Below are positions 27,001-30,708 of a stretch of DNA of 30,708 nt, in pieces. A model generated the notes under the pieces. It searched no databases. It was not told the origin of the DNA and saw only the letters and a program-made list of their open reading frames with translations. How positions within the stretch are numbered: position 1 is the first letter of the stretch; each line of letters opens with the position of its first letter. Source of the stretch: Vicinamibacterales bacterium. Its GTDB lineage: Bacteria > Acidobacteriota > Vicinamibacteria > Vicinamibacterales > UBA2999. The stretch lies in the NCBI GenBank assembly GCA_044356435.1, contig JBIKWH010000001.1, forward strand, positions 1 to 30,708. The letters run 5' to 3'. The position numbers and the translations under genes were made by a program.

Positions 27001-28649
27001 TCGACGATCGCCCGGAACTCCGGCGCGACGCCGTAGAGCCCGGCGGCCATGCCCGGCGTCTGCGCGCCCTGACCGGGGAACATGAACACGACCGACCGCG
27101 CGCGGGCGACATCGCGATCGCCGTCCCCGCGCAGCAGCGTGGCCGATGCCGCGTCGGTGCCCGGGGCCGTCACCGCGAGGCGGTAGGCAAACGCATGACG
27201 GCCGTTCTGGAGCGACCACGTCGCATCGGCGAGGTCGGTTTCAGGCGCGTCCGCGAGCGCCTGCCCGACGGCCCGTGCGTGTGCGTCGAGCGCGGCCTCG
27301 CTGCGGGCCGAAAGCACGAGCGGCGTGATCAGCCGCGCGGCCGGCCGCGCTTCCACGGGCGGTGCCTCTTCCAGGATCACGTGCGCGTTGGTGCCGCCGA
27401 TGCCGAAGGAGCTGACGCCCGCGCGGGCCGGCTTGTCACCCGCCGGCCACGCTTCCACCCGCGCGCTCACGCGGAACGGGCTGCGCGCGAGATCGAGCTG
27501 CGGGTTGGCGGCGGTGAAGTGCAGCGTCGGTGGAATCTCGCGGTGCTTCAGCGCGAGCACCGCCTTGATGAACCCGGCGACGCCCGCGGCGGTATCGAGA
27601 TGGCCGACATTGGTCTTGAGCGCGCCGAGCACGCAGGAACCAGGGACCAGGTCCGACCCCGCGAACGCCTGCGTGAGCGCGGCCACCTCGATCGGATCGC
27701 CCAGCGGCGTGCCCGTGCCGTGCGCCTCGACGTACCCGATCGACGCCGGATCCACGCCCGCGACGGCCAGGGCCTCGCTGATCACCGCGCGCTGGCCGTC
27801 GACGCTCGGCGCCGTGTAGCCGACCTTCAACGCGCCGTCGTTGTTGATGGCGGAGCCGAGCACGACCGCGTCGATCCGATCACCGTCGGCGAGCGCATCC
27901 TCGAGCCGCTTGAGGACGACGATCCCCGCGCCGCTGCCGGGCACGGTGCCCGCGGCCTGCGCGTCGAAGGCGCGGCAGTGGCCGTCGGGCGAGAGGATCA
28001 TCCCCTCTTCGTACAGGTAGCCCGCATGCTGCGGCACGCGCACGGAGACGCCGCCGGCCAGGGCGATGTCGCACTCGCCCCCGAGCAGCGCGTTGCAGGC
28101 CAGGTGCACGGCGACCAGCGATGTCGAGCACGCGGTCTGCACGGTCACACTCGGCCCGCGCAGGTTCAGCTTGTAGGAGACGCGCGTCGGCAGAAAGTCC
28201 TTGTCGTTACTGATGAGCGCCTGGAAGCCGCCGGCCGAGGCCAGCGCCTCGCGTTGCGGGATCAGGTTTGCCAGCAGATACGCGTTCATCCCCGCACCGG
28301 CGTACACGCCGATCGCGCCGCCGTAGCGCTGGGGATCGCATGCGGCATCCTCGAGCGCCTGCCACGCGCACTCCAGGAAGAGGCGATGCTGCACGTCGAG
28401 GATCTCGGCCTCCCGCGGGCTGAAGCCGAAGAGCGCCGCGTCGAACTGCTCGATGTCGTCGAGCACGGCCGCCGCCTTCACATAGTGCGGATGGCTCAGC
28501 AGTTCGGAGGCGACGCCCGCCGCGCGCAGTTGCGCGTCGCTCAGCGTGGTGATCGACTCGACCCCAGCGCGCAGGTTGCGCCAGAACACCTCCGGTGTGC
28601 GGGCACCGGGTACGCGGCAGGCGAGGCCGATGACGGCGATGCCGCTCAT
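24000..28649 (-). CDS. Type I cis-AT PKS module, 1549 aa: KS-AT(malonyl)-KR-ACP
   Basis: KS (about 27365-28640) SNDKDF, VQTACSTS (Cys 28128-28130), EAHGTGT, NVGHL. AT (about 26250-27090) GHSLGE, HAFH. KR TGGLGGVG, HAAG, VDYCAAG. Carrier DFFELGGHSLL (about 24120-24310). No DH, ER or MT. ATG overlaps the upstream TGA (ATGA). Confidence 0.96.
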   Translation of the reverse strand: MSGIAVIGLACRVPGARTPEVFWRNLRAGVESITTLSDAQLRAAGVASELLSHPHYVKAAAVLDDIEQFDAALFGFSPREAEILDVQHRLFLECAWQALEDAACDPQRYGGAIGVYAGAGMNAYLLANLIPQREALASAGGFQALISNDKDFLPTRVSYKLNLRGPSVTVQTACSTSLVAVHLACNALLGGECDIALAGGVSVRVPQHAGYLYEEGMILSPDGHCRAFDAQAAGTVPGSGAGIVVLKRLEDALADGDRIDAVVLGSAINNDGALKVGYTAPSVDGQRAVISEALAVAGVDPASIGYVEAHGTGTPLGDPIEVAALTQAFAGSDLVPGSCVLGALKTNVGHLDTAAGVAGFIKAVLALKHREIPPTLHFTAANPQLDLARSPFRVSARVEAWPAGDKPARAGVSSFGIGGTNAHVILEEAPPVEARPAARLITPLVLSARSEAALDAHARAVGQALADAPETDLADATWSLQNGRHAFAYRLAVTAPGTDAASATLLRGDGDRDVARARSVVFMFPGQGAQTPGMAAGLYGVAPEFRAIVDACCARLGSFGGELRALLRAEAVTPEASARLTQTAVAQPALFIVEYALAQQLRAWGLTPAGLIGHSLGEFVAACVAGTLTMEDALALVVERGRLMQQLPGGRMVAVRATPDETAALLPDGVTIAAINAPGLCVASGPPEAVAALERLCASRGIECHDLHTSHAFHSPSMDPVLSAFGAAVARVTLTPPSTPWISNVTGTWISAADAVDPAYWVRHLRHAVLFSAGVACARQLPHPVLLEVGPGRTLGTLALAAAPEPDIEATRGQPAAGDAIVLPTLTHARERARDQDVLMRTLGRLWAAGVEIAWDAIDTGRERRRLALPTYPFERQRYWVEPPVPGSSAAAGSANAGTAGDRHAVPTVDDGVTKRPLDEWFHVPVWKSAPAPARAADATTETAGETWLVCALDGETVAAGLLARLRRDGAEPVLVTPGAAFLRRGDRQYALRPGCREDYDALIAELRRVGQVPTRVLHAWSVDSPDANDRDALECGFLSVTWLARALADVEGEIRIDVLSSRMQAVPGDPRLVPLRAAVAGPVLVVPKELPAIRCRSIDYDGASVHAGDALVDRLYRELRSAADTPWVAYRNHQRLERTLERVALPDVSPATSLRTGGHYLVTGGLGGVGLVIAAHLAANCGARLSLLGRTPFPARDTWPAALAGGTGSTVAGQIRQIQAIEAAGGQVCMLAADVGDLDALRTAVREAEQRFGPVHGVIHAAGVPAGGMLQRKTREDIEAVLRPKVQGALNLLRVFDSTDLDVMVFVSSLTGILGDAGQVDYCAAGAVLDALAHEQRASGKRVVSIDWDTWQEAGMAVDVRLPGALQRLREESLRSGIRNAEAVAVLARVLASDLTQVVVSTRDPVARARRDADVAAQAVTEIDRRGPGHARPALAVAFAPPGTPQEEALCRIWQTLLGIAEVGIHDDFFELGGHSLLATQVLSRVRDQLGVRVTLTTFFETPTIGALGAAVARQQLEAVLADVGDLTDEEAALLLAAADDDKTGETA
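24010..24015 (-). promoter_or_regulatory. Shine-Dalgarno-like GGGAGA upstream of the GTG at 24003
   Basis: Inside the PKS terminal codons (ACG GGA GAG ACC GCG TGA), with spacing like the 8531 junction. Confidence 0.4.
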
Positions 28650-30708
28650 GACTTCTGCGGCGCTCCGTGCCGATGTTCGAGGCGGGCGCGTCGCCGATCG
28701 GCCTGGGCCGACGCGTCCAGCCGCCGTGTCGCGCGGCGATCGTCCTGCGGCGCATCCGTGGCCGGTGCGTCCTGCCCGAGATGACGGGCGAGCAGATGCA
28801 CCGTCGGATGCTGGAACAGGTCGACGAGTGTCAGGTGCGGGGCGCCGGACTTCTGCAGGCGCGCGTGGACCTGCGCGAGCATCAGCGACTGCCCGCCGAG
28901 CTCGAAGAAGTTGTCGTGCACGCCGACCCGCTCGAGGCCGAGCACCTCTTGCCAGACGGCTGCGACCCGCTGCTCATCCGCGGTCGAGGGCGCCGCGAAC
29001 GCGCTGTCCAGCCGGGGACGCTCGGTCGGCGGATCCGGCAGCGCCCTGCGATCGAGCTTGCCGTTCGGCGAAAGCGGCAGCGCCGGCAGCCACACGAAGA
29101 CCGCGGGGACCATGTAGTCCGGCAGCGTCTGTCGCAGAAAGCGGTGCAGCTCGGTGGTCGAGGGTGGCGTCCCGGTCGCGACCGCGTAGGCGATGAGACG
29201 CGCGTCGCCGCCCGTCTGCTGCGCCGGCACGACCGCCGCCTCGCGGATGCCCTCGTGCTCGGCCAAGCGGGCTTCAATCTCGCCCAGCTCGATGCGGAAC
29301 CCGCGGATCTTGACCTGATTGTCGAAGCGGCCCAGATAGACGACGTCGCCGCTGGCGCGCCAGCGCGCGCGGTCGCCGGTGCGGTACATCCGGCTTCCGG
29401 GGGGACCGAACGGATCCGGCACGAAGCGATCGGCCGTGAGGTCGGGCCGGCGGTGATAGCCGCGGCCGACGTTGACGCCGCCGATGCACAGCTCGCCGGA
29501 GACGCCGATCGGGCACGCGTGCCACGCGGCATCCACGATGTGGATCTGCGTGTTGGCGATCGGCGCGCCGATCGGCACGACGTCGAGATCCTCCGCGCTG
29601 CACGGCCACCACGTCACGTCGATGGCGGCCTCGGTGGGCCCGTAGAGGTTGTGCACGTCGGCGCCGAGTGTCGCCAGTGCCTGACGCGAGAGATCCGGCG
29701 GCAGCGCCTCGCCGCTGCAGATGACGCGGCGGAGCGACGGGAAGGCGCCCAGCTCCAGCTGCTCGAGGAACGCCCGCAGCATCGACGGCACGAAGTGCAG
29801 CGTCGTGACGCCCTCGGCGCGCATGATCCCGGCCAGATACGCCGGATCCTGATGTCCGCCCGGCTTGCAGACGACGAGCCGCGCGCCCGTCATCAGCGGC
29901 CACACGAACTCCCACACCGAGACATCGAAGCTGAACGGCGTCTTCTGCAGCACCACGTCCGAGGCGTCAAGCCGATAGGCCTTCTGCATCCAGGTGATGC
30001 GGTTGCACAGCCCGCGGTGGGTGTTCATCGCGCCCTTTGGACGGCCCGTCGAGCCGGACGTGTAGATCATGTAGGCGAGGTTCGCGGGTCCCGGCTCGCT
30101 GGCCGCCGCGCCTGCTGCCGGTGCGGCCTTCCGCCGTTCGGGCGGCGCGTTCGCCGTCAGCAGGATCGCGACGTCCGCGTCGACGAGCATGAATTCCAGG
30201 CGCTCGCGCGGATAGTCGGGGTCGAGCGGCACGTACGCGGCACCCGCCTTGAGCACGGCGAGGATGGAGACGACGAGCTCGGGCGAACGGTGCATGCAGA
30301 TGCCGACGAGCACCTCGGGTCCGGCACCGAGCGCCTGCAGCTCACGCGCGAGCGCGTCCGCGCGGTCGTGCACCTCGCGGTACGTCCACCGCGATCCCTC
30401 GAACACGACGGCGACGGCGTCAGGCGTGCGCCGCGCCTGCTCGTCGATCAGCGTGTGGATGCAGACATCCTCCGGAAACGGCGCCGCCGTGGCGTTCCAC
30501 TGCGCGAGCTGGGCGGCTTCCGCGGCCGGGAGCGGCACAAGGGAATCGACGCGGGCGGCCGGGTCGGCGCACACGGCCCGCAGGAGCGCCACGAACTGCC
30601 CCGCGATGCGTCCCGCGCTCGCCCGCTCGAAGAGCCCGGTGCTGTAGCGCAGCACGCCGCTGAGCGGATCAGCGTCGGTGATCTCGAGCGTCAGATCGAA
30701 CTGGCCTT
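28646..30708 (-). CDS. NRPS 3' portion, N-terminus outside window: [C]-A(Ser)-T
   Basis: The frame is open to the right edge (GQFDLTLEI...VLRYSTGLF is the end of a C domain), so the track start at 30655 is an internal Val. FDVSVWEF, TLHFVP, VICSGE, NLYGPTEAAIDV give code DVWHISLIDK (Ser). T domain NFFELGGQSL. Confidence 0.94.
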   Translation of the reverse strand, partial: GQFDLTLEITDADPLSGVLRYSTGLFERASAGRIAGQFVALLRAVCADPAARVDSLVPLPAAEAAQLAQWNATAAPFPEDVCIHTLIDEQARRTPDAVAVVFEGSRWTYREVHDRADALARELQALGAGPEVLVGICMHRSPELVVSILAVLKAGAAYVPLDPDYPRERLEFMLVDADVAILLTANAPPERRKAAPAAGAAASEPGPANLAYMIYTSGSTGRPKGAMNTHRGLCNRITWMQKAYRLDASDVVLQKTPFSFDVSVWEFVWPLMTGARLVVCKPGGHQDPAYLAGIMRAEGVTTLHFVPSMLRAFLEQLELGAFPSLRRVICSGEALPPDLSRQALATLGADVHNLYGPTEAAIDVTWWPCSAEDLDVVPIGAPIANTQIHIVDAAWHACPIGVSGELCIGGVNVGRGYHRRPDLTADRFVPDPFGPPGSRMYRTGDRARWRASGDVVYLGRFDNQVKIRGFRIELGEIEARLAEHEGIREAAVVPAQQTGGDARLIAYAVATGTPPSTTELHRFLRQTLPDYMVPAVFVWLPALPLSPNGKLDRRALPDPPTERPRLDSAFAAPSTADEQRVAAVWQEVLGLERVGVHDNFFELGGQSLMLAQVHARLQKSGAPHLTLVDLFQHPTVHLLARHLGQDAPATDAPQDDRRATRRLDASAQADRRRARLEHRHGAPQKS

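Noticed and set aside
30655-30708. Track start codon at 30655 for the rightmost NRPS
   Set aside because: It is an internal GTG (Val). The frame continues to the window edge through conserved C-domain sequence (QFDLTLEI).

Overview
The whole 30.7 kb window is the interior of a high-GC, minus-strand, collinear cis-AT PKS/NRPS hybrid assembly line, open at both window edges. No loading module, TE, E domain, MbtH, transporter, regulator or stand-alone tailoring gene is visible. In transcription order (right to left): (1) 3' end of an NRPS, [C]-A(Ser)-T (>30708..28646); (2) PKS KS-AT(malonyl)-KR-ACP (28649..24000); (3) a 5108-aa four-module NRPS, C-A(Tyr)-T / C-A(Thr)[FkbM-type O-MT]-T / C-A(Dab/Dap-like)[N-MT]-T / C-A(Thr)-T (23854..8528); (4) a >2843-aa hybrid PKS-NRPS missing from the supplied ORF track, KS-AT(malonyl)-KR[split by a C-MT]-ACP-C-A(Gly) (8531..<1). 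The collinear prediction (inference from hand-extracted A-domain codes) is ...Ser-[CH(OH)CH2]-Tyr-(O-Me)Thr-(N-Me)Dab-Thr-[CH(OH)CH(CH3)]-Gly..., i.e. two statine-like gamma-amino-beta-hydroxy acids plus O-, N- and C-methylation, each from a methyltransferase nested inside another domain. I do not recognise this order as a characterised cluster, but could not search databases. The only intergenic gap is exactly bridged by a 50-codon mini-ORF with GTGA overlaps at both ends. Domain boundaries are approximate, read by eye.
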